In this document: positions 46,529 through 57,461 of the stretch, in pieces
Layout: every line of letters starts with the position of its first letter
Position numbering within the stretch: position 1 is the stretch's first letter
Notes under the pieces: model-generated
Database searches by the model: none
What the model saw: only the letters and a program-made list of their open reading frames with translations
Told to the model about the DNA's origin: nothing
Source of the DNA: Myxococcota bacterium
Lineage (GTDB): Bacteria; Myxococcota_A; Polyangia; Nannocystales; Nannocystaceae
Assembly: GCA_039028615.1 (NCBI GenBank)
Contig: JBCCHT010000002.1
Span: 224,001 to 288,000, forward strand
Direction: 5' to 3'
Length of the DNA: 64,000 nucleotides
Translations under genes and position numbers: made by a program

Positions 46529-48532
46529 TCACTTGCCTTCGCAATCAACGACGTCCTCGAACACACACGCCCCACCGCAGAAGCTCTCGGCCCGACCGTT
46601 GCGCAGATACGCATCCATCTGCTCCCGCGCGGCGCCGACCCAGCGCAGCCGCTCGTGGGGGTCTTCGCACAGGCGCTGTGGCTCGTTGGTGGTGGGATCG
46701 GGCGGGACGCCGAAGTCGTACTCGACGTACGCCGAGCCCTCGATCGGCCCCGCGCTCGAGTCGAGCCCCCAGACCTCACCGAGCCCGGTATCGAGCTGGG
46801 TGGTCCCGATCGCGCGCGCCATCGTCTGCGCCCCCAGAATCGACACCTGGTGGTCGCCCCGTGCCGCCCGCAGCAACACCTGGTGCGCGGGGCTGCCCGG
46901 CAGCGTGTCCTCGCGGATGTGTCGCGAGTAGCCCGCGGCCTCGGTCCGATCCCACAGCATCTGCATCAGCCCCTGGAGCATCCAGACGTCTCGCTGGTCG
47001 CTGAAGCGCGTCCGCAGGTTCGAGAAGAACCCGTCGAAGTCCTCGGCCCGCGACAGCAGCAGGTTGTAGGGCTGCCCGGTGACCCCCAAGACGCCGCGCT
47101 CGACGTCGGTGGTCAACGCCATATAGGTCGCACCGAAGTTCCCGCCCTGCCCGCTGCCGTGATAGTAGGCGCGGCTCGGGTCGACGAAGCGGCCGTAGTC
47201 CGCGTCCTGGCTGAAGCCGCCGGTCATCATGCGCATGGCCAGCAGCGAGTTGATCATGCCCTGGTGCTGACGATCGGTGAGCGACGAGAAGTCGTCGAAG
47301 CGCCCCTCCTCGGCAATCGCCCCCAGGTAGGGCTGGTCGTCGGTCATCATGCCCAGCATGTCGACGGAAAACAGCACGTAGCCGTAGTCGTTGGCGAAGC
47401 TCAAAAGGTGCGCCGCCTCGACCTGGGTGCGGTTGCCCAAAAGCCCATGGCCGTACTGCAACAGCGCCCCCGGGCTCTGATCGCTGACGCTCTGCGGGAT
47501 GATGATCTCGAAGGGGAACCAGCCCCAGGGCGCCTCGGGATTGGGCAGCGGGTCGCCGTCGGAGTCGAACACCAGGTGGCCTCCCGGGCCGCCCTCGGTG
47601 AGGAACAGCGGCACCTCCATCTGCCCGACGAGCCGCACCGCCACGGTGTCGTTCTCCCAGTCCTGGTCGACCACCGTGATGCGGTACTCCGGGCCCTGGC
47701 TGCCGACCAACGCCATCGCCGTGTCCCGCATGTCGAGCATCCACGCCGTGTTGTTCTCGCGGCTGGCCGTGGTGAAGTCCCACGCGATCTGCAGGTCGTG
47801 GCGGAGCACGTCGCCGGTCTCGAGCAGGTTGAAGATGTTGGTGTACAGCGCCCGTCGCCCTCGCACCGAGGCGTCATTGCTGGGCAGGCCGTCGCGCAGC
47901 GCTTCGAAGGCTTCCGAGGGCATCAAGGACTCGCCCTCGTCATCGACCAGGCGCCGAATCGCGACCACGTAGCGACGACCGTCATCGAGCCGAGTGGCGG
48001 GGCGAATCAACAAGGTCCGATGGTCGTCGGAGCCCGCGGTGGCATCGAGCTCGACCCAGTGCGGCACCCGCTCGCCCGACTCGGCATCCACCAGGATCGT
48101 GGGCGAGTCGAACTCCATCGAACGATCGATGTTGGCGAAGGTCGGGACGTCGCTGTCCCGCAGCGAGCTTTGGGTCAGCCCGGGGAAGTGGGTCATGATG
48201 GCCGAGCTGGCCGAGAACCCGTCCGCGCGATTCCAGGGTCCGGGCGAGGGCTTGAGCCCGAAGTAGTCCTCGGGCATCAGGTCCAGACCGAGCTGGAGCC
48301 GACGCCCGGTGGCCGTCGATTCGTCGACCACCGTGTAGACATTGGAGGGAAAGGGAAAGCCGCAGTAGCTGGGCGCCAGGGGGTCGCACTCGAGCAGCAT
48401 CCACTCGGCGACCGACTCCTCGGTGACCTCGAAGACCGGCTCTTGGCAGGCACCGAGCAGGCCGAGGCCGAGCCCGACCGTGAAGCAACGGGACACCAGG
48501 GTCTTGGGGGCGGATGTGCGGCGGGCGATCAT
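46529..48532 (-). CDS. Lipoprotein with Ig-like N-terminus and alpha/beta-hydrolase (lipase-like) domain
   Basis: Lipobox LGAC, PFPSN, DGFS, WDFTT, YGHGLLG, YYHGSGQGG, GDHQV, DPHE. Confidence 0.75.
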   Translation of the reverse strand: MIARRTSAPKTLVSRCFTVGLGLGLLGACQEPVFEVTEESVAEWMLLECDPLAPSYCGFPFPSNVYTVVDESTATGRRLQLGLDLMPEDYFGLKPSPGPWNRADGFSASSAIMTHFPGLTQSSLRDSDVPTFANIDRSMEFDSPTILVDAESGERVPHWVELDATAGSDDHRTLLIRPATRLDDGRRYVVAIRRLVDDEGESLMPSEAFEALRDGLPSNDASVRGRRALYTNIFNLLETGDVLRHDLQIAWDFTTASRENNTAWMLDMRDTAMALVGSQGPEYRITVVDQDWENDTVAVRLVGQMEVPLFLTEGGPGGHLVFDSDGDPLPNPEAPWGWFPFEIIIPQSVSDQSPGALLQYGHGLLGNRTQVEAAHLLSFANDYGYVLFSVDMLGMMTDDQPYLGAIAEEGRFDDFSSLTDRQHQGMINSLLAMRMMTGGFSQDADYGRFVDPSRAYYHGSGQGGNFGATYMALTTDVERGVLGVTGQPYNLLLSRAEDFDGFFSNLRTRFSDQRDVWMLQGLMQMLWDRTEAAGYSRHIREDTLPGSPAHQVLLRAARGDHQVSILGAQTMARAIGTTQLDTGLGEVWGLDSSAGPIEGSAYVEYDFGVPPDPTTNEPQRLCEDPHERLRWVGAAREQMDAYLRNGRAESFCGGACVFEDVVDCEGK

Positions 48533-48749
48533 GACGACGACGCGATCCTCCAACGGAGGACTGAAGGATATCCCGACGAATCGTCGCCTGCCGCTCAGGC
48601 ATTAAGCGGGCTGACCACAATCACCGCGTAACGGCACCGGACGGTAGTTTCAGGCCCGCTTTTCGCTCCAAAACCAACGTGGCCGCCGACCGAGGGATCG
48701 CCTATGCTGATGTACGATGTTGTGGTTTCGGGACCTTGGAAGGACTCCC

Positions 48750-50084
48750 ATGGCGCGGGGAGTCGCGGGCTTGGCGTTGGCGCTCGGATTCGGCTGCGGG
48801 GGCGATGACGGCGCTCGAGGCAGCGGAGGCGACGGTACGGGCCTCGCATCCCTCGACGGCACTCCGACCGATGGCGACACCCTCGACGGCACGGCCGACG
48901 CCGACCAGAGCGGCGACAAGTTCGACGTCCAGGTCACCGACGCGGGCGTGAGCGGCGATTGCCCGGGCGGCGGCGGAGGCATGGACGACGAGGTCGAGTT
49001 CAGCCTCATCTGGATCGCCAACTCCCCCGAGGGCACCGTCTCCAAGATCGACACCATCACCGGGGTCGAGCTCGCGCGCTACTACACCGGCCCGTCCAAC
49101 GGCGGCGACGATCCCTCGCGCACCTCGGTCAACCTCGCGGGCGATGTCGCGGTCACCAACCGCTCCGGCGGCATCACCAAAATCGCCGCCCGCGATGGCG
49201 ACTGCGTCGACGCCAACGGCAACGGCACCATCGAGACCTCCACCGGCCCCACCGACGTGCTGCCCTTCGGGCAAGACGAGTGCGTGCTGTGGAACCTCGG
49301 CCTGCCCAATGGCGGCAGCAACACCCAGGGCCCCCGCCCCACCGCGTGGGACGCGGGCGCGAGCAACAACCCCTGCGCCGCCGACAGCTTCCGCGTGTGG
49401 GTCGGCTACTACGACATCGCCGTCAACCAGGGTCACTTCTATCGCCTGTCGGGCAGCGACGGCACCATCCTCGACGAGGTCGTCACCCCCAACTGGTCCA
49501 TCGACATGAGCGCCAGCTACGGCCCCTACGGCGGTGCGGTGGACAGCGGCGGTCACCTCTGGACGACCGGCCTGCGCGGGCCCCTGGTGCGCATCGACGG
49601 CACCACCCTCGAGGTTCAGCAGTGGGAGCTGCCGGCCGATACCGCCGCCTACGGCATGACCCTCGACGCCGACGGTCACGCCTGGACCGCGGGTCTCAAC
49701 GGCGAGCTCGCCCACTTCGATCCCGACACCGAGCTGTTCGAGGTCTTCAGCCTCGGCAGCAACTCGCTGCGCGGCCTACAGATCGATCGCGAGGGCACGC
49801 TGTGGGCGGCCGTCAACGGCAACTGCGGCATCGCCCAGTTCGACGTGGCCACCCGCACCATCGTCAATCCGCTCATTCCGCTGCCCGGCTGCATCACCCC
49901 GGTGGGCGTGAGCATCGATGTGGACGGCAACGTCTGGGTCCCGGACCAAGGCGCGAATCTGGCCTTCAAGGTCAACCCGGTCACCTACGACGCGCAGGTC
50001 ACCCCCGGCCTCGTCGCGCCCTACACCTACTCCGACATGACCGGAGCGGGGCTGGGGCTCGTGTTCAACCCGCCCGCGGGTTGA
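48750..50084 (+). CDS. Vgb-lyase-like beta-propeller lipoprotein
   Basis: Lipobox GFGC; IWIANS..GTVSKIDT, PSRTSV, repeated YG.. D..G..W, terminal YTYSDMTG. Confidence 0.8.
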   Translation: MARGVAGLALALGFGCGGDDGARGSGGDGTGLASLDGTPTDGDTLDGTADADQSGDKFDVQVTDAGVSGDCPGGGGGMDDEVEFSLIWIANSPEGTVSKIDTITGVELARYYTGPSNGGDDPSRTSVNLAGDVAVTNRSGGITKIAARDGDCVDANGNGTIETSTGPTDVLPFGQDECVLWNLGLPNGGSNTQGPRPTAWDAGASNNPCAADSFRVWVGYYDIAVNQGHFYRLSGSDGTILDEVVTPNWSIDMSASYGPYGGAVDSGGHLWTTGLRGPLVRIDGTTLEVQQWELPADTAAYGMTLDADGHAWTAGLNGELAHFDPDTELFEVFSLGSNSLRGLQIDREGTLWAAVNGNCGIAQFDVATRTIVNPLIPLPGCITPVGVSIDVDGNVWVPDQGANLAFKVNPVTYDAQVTPGLVAPYTYSDMTGAGLGLVFNPPAG

Positions 50085-50218
50085 CCGGAACAGAACCGAC
50101 CGGAGCGGCCCGCGGGCTCGCGTCCCGATTGGAACGCGGGCCCGTCGAGCGTCAAACCGCCTCGTTTGCATGCGTAAGAATGAAGCCGAGAGCACGAGCG
50201 TGCGTCCCGGTCCACGAT

Positions 50219-51778
50219 ATGAATGCACGAGATGGTTTGAACAATATCGGGCTCGCGCTCGCGGCATGGAGCGTCATTGCGGCGACTCTGGCTTCCTGTA
50301 CCGATCGACCCGCCGTCATCGAGGCGGGCACGGGAACGGGGGACGAGAGCACCAGCGACGGCTCCCCCTCAATCGACACGACCACGACTGCGATGTCGAC
50401 CACGACGTCGAGCACCAGCGAGGGCCTCGACGAGAGCACGACGGGTAGCCCCCCGGATCTGGGGGACGACTCGGCGGGCCAGGAATGCGGCGTCGACTTT
50501 TCCTGCCCCGCCATCGATCTGCTGCTGGTGATCGACAACTCCGGCACGATGGGTGAGGAGCAGCTCAACCTCGCGCGGAGTTTTGCGACGCTCCTGGACG
50601 AGCTCGAATCGTTCGAGGACGCCGAAGGCGGCCTCGTGCGGCCCAACGTCAACGTCATGGTGACGACGACCGACATGGGTCACCCCTCGTGCACGGCCTT
50701 TCAGCACCCTTCGTACACCCCTCGGGAGGGCGCCCCCGTGTACACCGGCTGCAATGCTCGCATCGGCGACTTCGTCGGCCTCGACCCCTCGAACCCAATG
50801 ATCATCGAAGAGGCGTGCACGGAGAACTGCCCCGCCGACGTCGCCCCCACCGGTCATTTTATCAACTTCCATGCCGAGGGGAGCAACGTGCCGAACGATG
50901 ATGTCGGCGTGGCGCTCGCGTGCATCGGCCCCCAGGGCATCAACGGCTGCGGCTACGAAGCACCGCTCGAGGCCATGCTCCAGGCCCTCGACCCCCAAGC
51001 ATGCTGGAACGACCCCGACGTCTCCGGCTGTAGCGACGACCCCGAGTGGGCCGACACCGAAGTCGGCTTCCTGCGCGACGATGCGACGCTGGCCGTGATC
51101 CTGGTGACCGACGAGCTGGACTGCTCGGTCCAGGTCCCCGAGGGTTACTCGTTCTTCACTGACATCGAAAACTCCGTCTTCTGGAACATCAACCCGCAGA
51201 CCGAGGTCCCGCAGACGACGTCGGCCGTCTGCTACAACGCAGGCGTCAGCTGCGTCGACGAGGACGGCGACGGGCTCTACGAGGGCTGCACCTCCGTCGA
51301 TAACGAAGTGCTCCATCCCCCCGAGCGCTACAGCGCCTATTTCCAGGCACTCGTCGACGGCGGAAAAGACGTGGTGATGCTCGGGCTGCTCGGGGTGCCC
51401 ACCGTCGTTCACGACACCGAGCCTCCGTTCGGCCCCCTCGAAGGAGGCGTGGCCAGCCTCCTGTACCGCGCGTGGATCGACTTTCCCTTCCCCGCCGGCG
51501 ACATCCTGCCCAGCGAGTGGGACGCGGGTCGGCGCGCCGCCGACAAGATCTTCGAGTTCGGCGACCTGGGTCCGGGGTGCACCGGAACGGACAAGGTGGG
51601 AAGGTTCACCGGGCAAGCACTGCCCCCGGTCCGCATTCGCGAAGTCTGCGAGAGCCTCGACGTCGTCGAAGCGGACGGGAGCACGAGCCCTCGCTGCTGC
51701 ATCGAGTCGATCTGCGACGACGGCTTCGACCCGGCGATGCGCTGCCTGACCGGCATGCTCGGCCAGGTCGTCGACTGA
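50219..51778 (+). CDS. vWA-like lipoprotein
   Basis: Lipobox LASC; IDLLLVIDNSGTMGEEQ MIDAS-like, GCGYEAPL, FLRDDA.L.VI.VTDE.DCS. Confidence 0.8.
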   Translation: MNARDGLNNIGLALAAWSVIAATLASCTDRPAVIEAGTGTGDESTSDGSPSIDTTTTAMSTTTSSTSEGLDESTTGSPPDLGDDSAGQECGVDFSCPAIDLLLVIDNSGTMGEEQLNLARSFATLLDELESFEDAEGGLVRPNVNVMVTTTDMGHPSCTAFQHPSYTPREGAPVYTGCNARIGDFVGLDPSNPMIIEEACTENCPADVAPTGHFINFHAEGSNVPNDDVGVALACIGPQGINGCGYEAPLEAMLQALDPQACWNDPDVSGCSDDPEWADTEVGFLRDDATLAVILVTDELDCSVQVPEGYSFFTDIENSVFWNINPQTEVPQTTSAVCYNAGVSCVDEDGDGLYEGCTSVDNEVLHPPERYSAYFQALVDGGKDVVMLGLLGVPTVVHDTEPPFGPLEGGVASLLYRAWIDFPFPAGDILPSEWDAGRRAADKIFEFGDLGPGCTGTDKVGRFTGQALPPVRIREVCESLDVVEADGSTSPRCCIESICDDGFDPAMRCLTGMLGQVVD

Positions 51779-51780
51779 CG

Positions 51781-52347
51781 TCAGGGCGGCGAGGCCCTCA
51801 GCCGCACATCGTGGCCGCTCGCGGTGCGGTACACGGGCTCCGCAGCGTCGGCGTCGACCCGGTGCATTTGGTTTCGACGCACGCGCGCCCCTCGATACAC
51901 CTCCGGGGGACCAAAGCCCGACTCGGAGTGAACGCGTGCGAGCGCCAGGCTGCCGTCGGGCAGCGACACGAAGACCTGACAACACGCCAGCTCCTGGCAA
52001 CGAGGGTCGAAGGTGACCCATGCCCGCACGCCCTGCGGAATCGACTCGACGTGCCACACCATGCCCAACGTGCGCGGCGTGGTGACCTCGGTCAGTGTCG
52101 AGTACGCGCTGGTTTCGACCAACCATTCGTCGTCATCGTCGTCCACCTGGTCGACGTAGAGCACCGACAACCGACGGTCGAGTCGTACGCGAATGCGATG
52201 AAGGTCGCGCTCGTGCCCGGCCACGTGCAGCAACTCCTCGGCAGGCTGCGGCGCCGCGTGAGAACAAGCGAAGGTGCCGAGCATGGTGAAGAGGATCAGC
52301 GTCGACCCCAGCCGCACCGCCTCGTGTTTCGTCCTCCGCGTCTGCAT
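51781..52347 (-). CDS. Hypothetical lipoprotein
   Basis: Hydrophobic signal ending TFAC; fills the gap between genes. Confidence 0.5.
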   Translation of the reverse strand: MQTRRTKHEAVRLGSTLILFTMLGTFACSHAAPQPAEELLHVAGHERDLHRIRVRLDRRLSVLYVDQVDDDDDEWLVETSAYSTLTEVTTPRTLGMVWHVESIPQGVRAWVTFDPRCQELACCQVFVSLPDGSLALARVHSESGFGPPEVYRGARVRRNQMHRVDADAAEPVYRTASGHDVRLRASPP

Positions 52348-52792
52348 CGATCCAGGGGATGCCCGCGACCGTGAATTTCCATTCACGTGCCGTGGGGGCC
52401 ATGCACGAGTCAGCTCACGCTCGTGTTCATCGGTCCCACCCACCACCGTGCATAAAGGAGATCTTCGGCTTCGATCACCGGTCGACGGGTGGGTTCCGTC
52501 GGTCGGAGGCCACGCGCCGGATCAACCTCGACCGCTCGCAGTCCCGCTCACGTGTCCGCAACTGGCCCTAGTTTTCCGCCACGGCGCATCAACGCCGGTT
52601 TGCTGCGCGCTTGAACAGGTAGGTACCACTCGTTCCGAAAATGAGGGCTCCCCCTAGGGCGGCCAGCGCGCAAGGCAGGAGTGCAGCACCTACACTGGGG
52701 TTGCGCATATCGGTAGCCCCGCGCTCGGTCTTCCTCGCGTGTTCGAGCCATGACATGTTCCCGTCCGCAGACCAAGGACAGCACGCACCGTC

Positions 52793-54181
52793 ATGGCCGT
52801 TCACACTGCGCCAAGGGGTCTCGACCTCCCGATCAAGGGCGCGCCCAATCAACAAATCGTAGAGACAATCAACGTTCGACGTGTCGCCGTGATGGCTGCC
52901 GACTATCCCGGCATGCGACCGAAGATGCTCTGCAAGGTCGGTGACCGCGTCAAGCGGGGCCAACCACTCTTCGAAGATCGTAAAGCCGCCGGGGTCCTGT
53001 ACACCGCGCCGGGTGCCGGACAGATCGTCGGCATCAATCGCGGTGAGTACCGGGCACTGCAGTCGGTGGTCATCGAGCTGACCGACAGCGAAGCTGCCGG
53101 CGAGCCGACCGACGACGACTTCGCCACGTTCTCGAGCTACGAGGGCAAGGCGATCGACAAGCTCGAGGCTTCGGAGATCGCAGCGCTGCTCACCGAGAGT
53201 GGAATGCGGACTGCGTTCCGGCAGCGTCCGTTCGACCGCGTCCCCTCGACCGAGGCAGCGCGTCCGAACGCGATGTTCGTCACCGCGACCGACTCCAACC
53301 CGCTCGCCCTCGACCCCGCCCTGGCGCTCGCCGACGAAGACACGGCAAGTGCCTTTGAAGCGGGCCTAAAGGTCGTTGCGCGGCTTTGCGAGGGCAAAAC
53401 CTTCGTATGTAAAAGGATGGGCGCGGACATTCCGACCGGCAGCGCTTCGGTGCAGGTCGAAGAGTTCGACGGCCCGCATCCGTCGGGCACCGTCGGCTTC
53501 CACATCCACACGCTCTACCCGGTCAGCCGTCAGCGGTCCGCCTGGCATCTCAACTACCAGGACGTGATTTCGATCGGCCGGCTGTTCACCACCGGTCGAC
53601 TCGACGTCACCCGCATGGTGTCCCTCGCTGGGCCGGGCATCCGAACCCCGGGCCTCGTTCGGACCCGCGTCGGCGCGGAGATCGACGGCCTGCTTCGACC
53701 CAAGGAACTCCTCAACTGGGAGAGCCGCGTGGTGTCGGGCTCGGTGTTGTGGGGTCGCATCGCGATGGGCGAGGAGCACGGCTACCTCGGTCGCTATCAC
53801 CTGCAAATCACCGCGCTCGAAGAGGGCCGCAAGCGAGAGTTCCTCGGTTGGCTCAAGCCCGGCTTCGACATGTTCTCCATTACGCGAGCCTTCGCGTCGT
53901 GGCTGGCGCCGGACCAGAAGTACGACTTCGACACCAACCTCAACGGCTCGCCGCGCGCCATGGTCCCCATCGGGATGTTCGAGGAGATCTTCCCCTTCGA
54001 CATTTTCCCGACGTTCTTGCTGCGCGCCATCCTCATGCGCGACCTCAGCCGGGCCGAAGAGCTCGGCGTGCTCGAGCTCGCCGAGGAAGACCTGGCCCTG
54101 TGCACCTACGTCGCACCGGGCAAGCACGACTTTGGTGCCGCACTCCGCGCAAACCTGGACGAGATCTGGAAGGAAGGGTAG
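52793..54181 (+). CDS. nqrA: Na+-translocating NADH:quinone reductase subunit A
   Basis: GLDLPIKGAP, GMRPKM, GPHPSG, LAEEDLALC; operon context. Confidence 0.95.
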   Translation: MAVHTAPRGLDLPIKGAPNQQIVETINVRRVAVMAADYPGMRPKMLCKVGDRVKRGQPLFEDRKAAGVLYTAPGAGQIVGINRGEYRALQSVVIELTDSEAAGEPTDDDFATFSSYEGKAIDKLEASEIAALLTESGMRTAFRQRPFDRVPSTEAARPNAMFVTATDSNPLALDPALALADEDTASAFEAGLKVVARLCEGKTFVCKRMGADIPTGSASVQVEEFDGPHPSGTVGFHIHTLYPVSRQRSAWHLNYQDVISIGRLFTTGRLDVTRMVSLAGPGIRTPGLVRTRVGAEIDGLLRPKELLNWESRVVSGSVLWGRIAMGEEHGYLGRYHLQITALEEGRKREFLGWLKPGFDMFSITRAFASWLAPDQKYDFDTNLNGSPRAMVPIGMFEEIFPFDIFPTFLLRAILMRDLSRAEELGVLELAEEDLALCTYVAPGKHDFGAALRANLDEIWKEG

Positions 54182-54187
54182 TTCGCC

Positions 54188-55420
54188 GTGCAATTTCTGA
54201 GAGACAAGCTCGACGAGGTCGGCAAGCAGTTCGAAAAGGGGGGCAAGCTCGAGTGGCTCTACCCCTTCTACGAAGCCAACGACACCATCCTGTTCAACCC
54301 GGGAGACGTCACCAAGGGCACGACCCACGTCCGTGACGCGATGAACCTCAAGCGCATGATGATCACGGTCGTCGTGGCGCTGCTGCCCATCGTGCTGTGG
54401 TCGATGTTCAACACCGGCTACCAAGCTTCGCTCGCGGTGGAGCAAGGGGCGACCGCCTATAACGGTTGGCAGGTCGACCTGTGGCAGTGGGTGGGCTTCG
54501 AGTTCGACTCGGGCTCGGTCATCGGCAACCTGACGCTGGGTGCGCTGTTCTTCCTCCCCGTGTTCATCATGGTGGGGGTGGTCGGCGGCCACATCGAGGT
54601 CGCCTTCGCACTCATCCGCAAACACGAGATCAACGAGGGCTTCCTCGTCACCTGGTTCCTGTTCGCGCTGACGCTGCCGCCCACCATCCCGCTATGGCAG
54701 GTCGCGCTGGGCATCTCGTTTGGTGTGATCTTCGGTAAGGAGGTCTTCGGCGGCACGGGGATGAACATCTTCAACCCGGCGCTCACTGCCCGGGCGTTCC
54801 TGTTCTTCGCCTACCCGGCGCAGATCTCGGGCGACCAGGTGTGGACGGCCGCTCAGAGCACGGGCGCGGTGGACGGCTGGTCCGGCGCCACCTGGCTCGG
54901 CCGCGTCGCCGCCGACGGCGTCGGCGTCCTCGATGCCGACCCCAACCTGTGGCTCAAGTCCTTCTTCGGGCTCGTCCCCGGTTCGATGGGCGAGACCTCG
55001 ACCTTCCTGTGCCTGGTGGGGGCCGCAATCCTCATCCTCACGAAGGTCGGTTCCTGGCGAACGATGGCTGGCGTCGTGCTCGGCACCGCCGTCATGACCC
55101 TGACCCTCAACGCCATCGGCTCGGACACCAACCCGATGTTCGCGCTGCCCTTCGAGTGGCACGTGGTCCTCGGCGGCTGGGCCTTCGGCATGGTCTTCAT
55201 GGCCACCGACCCGGTCTCGTCCGCCTTCACGGACTTCGGCAAGCTCCTCTACGGCTTCGGCATCGGCGTCATGGTGGTCCTCGTCCGGATCGTCAACCCG
55301 GCGTACCCGGAAGGCATGATGCTCGCCATTCTGTTCATGAACATGTTCGCTCCCCTGGTCGACCACTTCGTCGTCCAGGCCAACGTCAAGCGCAGGAAGG
55401 CTCGGTATGGCCTCAAATAG
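54188..55420 (+). CDS. nqrB: Na+-NQR subunit B
   Basis: GKEVFGGTG, FMN site SGAT, GSMGETS, MATDPVS. Confidence 0.96.
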   Translation: MQFLRDKLDEVGKQFEKGGKLEWLYPFYEANDTILFNPGDVTKGTTHVRDAMNLKRMMITVVVALLPIVLWSMFNTGYQASLAVEQGATAYNGWQVDLWQWVGFEFDSGSVIGNLTLGALFFLPVFIMVGVVGGHIEVAFALIRKHEINEGFLVTWFLFALTLPPTIPLWQVALGISFGVIFGKEVFGGTGMNIFNPALTARAFLFFAYPAQISGDQVWTAAQSTGAVDGWSGATWLGRVAADGVGVLDADPNLWLKSFFGLVPGSMGETSTFLCLVGAAILILTKVGSWRTMAGVVLGTAVMTLTLNAIGSDTNPMFALPFEWHVVLGGWAFGMVFMATDPVSSAFTDFGKLLYGFGIGVMVVLVRIVNPAYPEGMMLAILFMNMFAPLVDHFVVQANVKRRKARYGLK

Positions 55421-56234
55421 CACCAGCTACATCCTCGGCTTCTCCGCCGCGGTGTGCCTGGCGTGCTCGGTGTTCGTCGCCGGCTCGGCGGTGATCCTCA
55501 AGGATCGACAAGAGCTCAACGAGCTCGTCGCCAAGCGCACCCAGGTCCTCGAGGTCGCGGGACTCGTCCAACCCGAAGAAAAGGGCAAGCTCTCCGCCGA
55601 CGTCGTCGCCGACCGCTTCGAGGCCGTCGTGCCCATCCTGGTCTCGCTCGAGACCGGCGACGTGCTTCCCAAGGCGGAGGGCAAGGAAAACGCCTTCACC
55701 TTCGAGGGCCAGACCCTCGATGCCGGAACCTACGACCAGAAGGCCGCCTCCAAGGACGACTCGCTGGGCAAGGAGGCTCCGGCCAACGATGCCAAGGTCC
55801 TGCGGCTGCCCAAGGTCGGGCTCGTCTACCAGGTGATGGAAAACGGCAAGCTGACCAAGCTCATCTTGCCGGTCGAGGGCTACGGACTTTGGGGAACGCT
55901 CTACGGCTTCCTCGCGCTCGAGCCGGACACACAGACCATCGCCGGGCTGACCTTCTACGCCCACAAAGAGACTCCGGGTCTCGGCGGTGAGGTCGACAAT
56001 CCCGCCTGGAAGGCGCTGTGGAAGGGTCGCAAGGCCTTCGACGACGAGTGGGAACCCACCATCGAGGTCATCAAGGGCCCGGCCGGCCCTGCCGACCAGG
56101 CGCCCTACTCGGTCGACGGCCTCTCCGGTGCCACCCTCACCTCGCGCGGCGTGACCAACCTGCTGCGCTTCTGGCTGGGTGACGACGGCTACGGGCCCTA
56201 CCTCAGCAAGTTCCGCGAGAAGGGAGCAGCATAA
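55407..56234 (+). CDS. nqrC: Na+-NQR subunit C
   Basis: [18 protein letters not shown] site [10 protein letters not shown]. Confidence 0.96.
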   Translation: MASNSTSYILGFSAAVCLACSVFVAGSAVILKDRQELNELVAKRTQVLEVAGLVQPEEKGKLSADVVADRFEAVVPILVSLETGDVLPKAEGKENAFTFEGQTLDAGTYDQKAASKDDSLGKEAPANDAKVLRLPKVGLVYQVMENGKLTKLILPVEGYGLWGTLYGFLALEPDTQTIAGLTFYAHKETPGLGGEVDNPAWKALWKGRKAFDDEWEPTIEVIKGPAGPADQAPYSVDGLSGATLTSRGVTNLLRFWLGDDGYGPYLSKFREKGAA

Positions 56235-56236
56235 CG

Positions 56237-56857
56237 ATGGCGAAGAATCGCGAGTTTTTGCTCGATCCTCTGATCAACTCCAACCCGATCGCGGTGCAGG
56301 TGCTGGGCGTCTGCTCGGCGCTGGCGGTGACCGGCAAGGTCGAGACCGCGCTGGTGATGTCGGTCGCCCTGACCGTGGTCACCGGGCTGTCGAACTTCTT
56401 CGTCAGCCTGCTGCGCAACCACATCCCGGCCAGCGTCCGCATCATCGTCCAGCTGACGATCATCGCCTCGTTGGTCATCGTGACCGACCAGGTACTGCGG
56501 GCGTTCCTGTACGAGACCAGCCAGCAGCTGTCGGTCTACGTCGGGCTCATCATCACCAACTGCATCGTCATGGGCCGAGCCGAGGCCTTCGCGATGCAGA
56601 ACCCGCCCTTGGCGAGCCTCATCGACGGCATCGGCAACGGCCTCGGCTACAGCATGATCCTCGTCGGCGTCGGTGTGGTCCGGGAAATCTTCGGCACCGG
56701 CAAGGTGCTCGGCATCTCGGTGATGACGCTTCAGAGCGAGGGTGGCTGGTACAACCCGAACGGCCTGATGGTCCTGCCTCCAGCCGCTTTCTTCTTGATC
56801 GGCTTGGGCATCTGGATCATGCGAACGATGCGTCCCGCGCTCGTGGAGGAGGATTAG
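56237..56857 (+). CDS. nqrD: Na+-NQR subunit D
   Basis: [27 protein letters not shown]. Confidence 0.96.
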   Translation: MAKNREFLLDPLINSNPIAVQVLGVCSALAVTGKVETALVMSVALTVVTGLSNFFVSLLRNHIPASVRIIVQLTIIASLVIVTDQVLRAFLYETSQQLSVYVGLIITNCIVMGRAEAFAMQNPPLASLIDGIGNGLGYSMILVGVGVVREIFGTGKVLGISVMTLQSEGGWYNPNGLMVLPPAAFFLIGLGIWIMRTMRPALVEED

Positions 56858-56861
56858 ACCG

Positions 56862-57461
56862 ATGCTCGAGAACTACATCAGCCTCCTGACGAAGTCCGTC
56901 TTCGTCGAGAACATGGCCCTGGCGTACTTCCTGGGCATGTGTTCGTTCCTCGCCGTCTCCAAGAAGGTGAACACCGCCATCGGCCTCGGCGCGGCGGTCA
57001 TCTTCGTGTTGGCGGTGACCTGCCCGCTCAACAACCTCATCTACAACGGGCTGCTCCGCGAGGACGCAATCATCCCCGGGGTGGACCTGAGCTTCTTGAG
57101 CTTCCTGACCTTCATCGGGACCATCGCCGCGGCGGTGCAGCTGGTGGAGATGGCGCTCGAACGCTACGCCCCCGCCCTCCACGGGGCGCTGGGTGTGTTC
57201 CTCCCGCTCATCGCGGTCAACTGCGCCATCCTCGGCGCCAGCTTGTTCATGATGGAGCGCGAGTACGACTTCGGTGAGAGCTGCGTCTTCGGCTTCGGCT
57301 CGGGACTGGGCTTCGCCCTCGCCATCGTCGCCCTGGCGGCGATTCGCGAGAAGATGCGCTACTCCAACGTCCCGCCCGGCCTCCGCGGCCTGGGCATCAC
57401 CTTCATCGTCACGGGCCTGATGGCCATCGCCTTCATGGCCTTCGCGGGAATCTCGCTGTGA
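56862..57461 (+). CDS. nqrE: Na+-NQR subunit E
   Basis: [30 protein letters not shown]. Confidence 0.96.
   Translation: MLENYISLLTKSVFVENMALAYFLGMCSFLAVSKKVNTAIGLGAAVIFVLAVTCPLNNLIYNGLLREDAIIPGVDLSFLSFLTFIGTIAAAVQLVEMALERYAPALHGALGVFLPLIAVNCAILGASLFMMEREYDFGESCVFGFGSGLGFALAIVALAAIREKMRYSNVPPGLRGLGITFIVTGLMAIAFMAFAGISL

Noticed and set aside
48959..50218. 939-aa ORF extension upstream of the vWA lipoprotein
   Set aside because: Shadow frame of the beta-propeller gene; the signal peptide starts at 50219.
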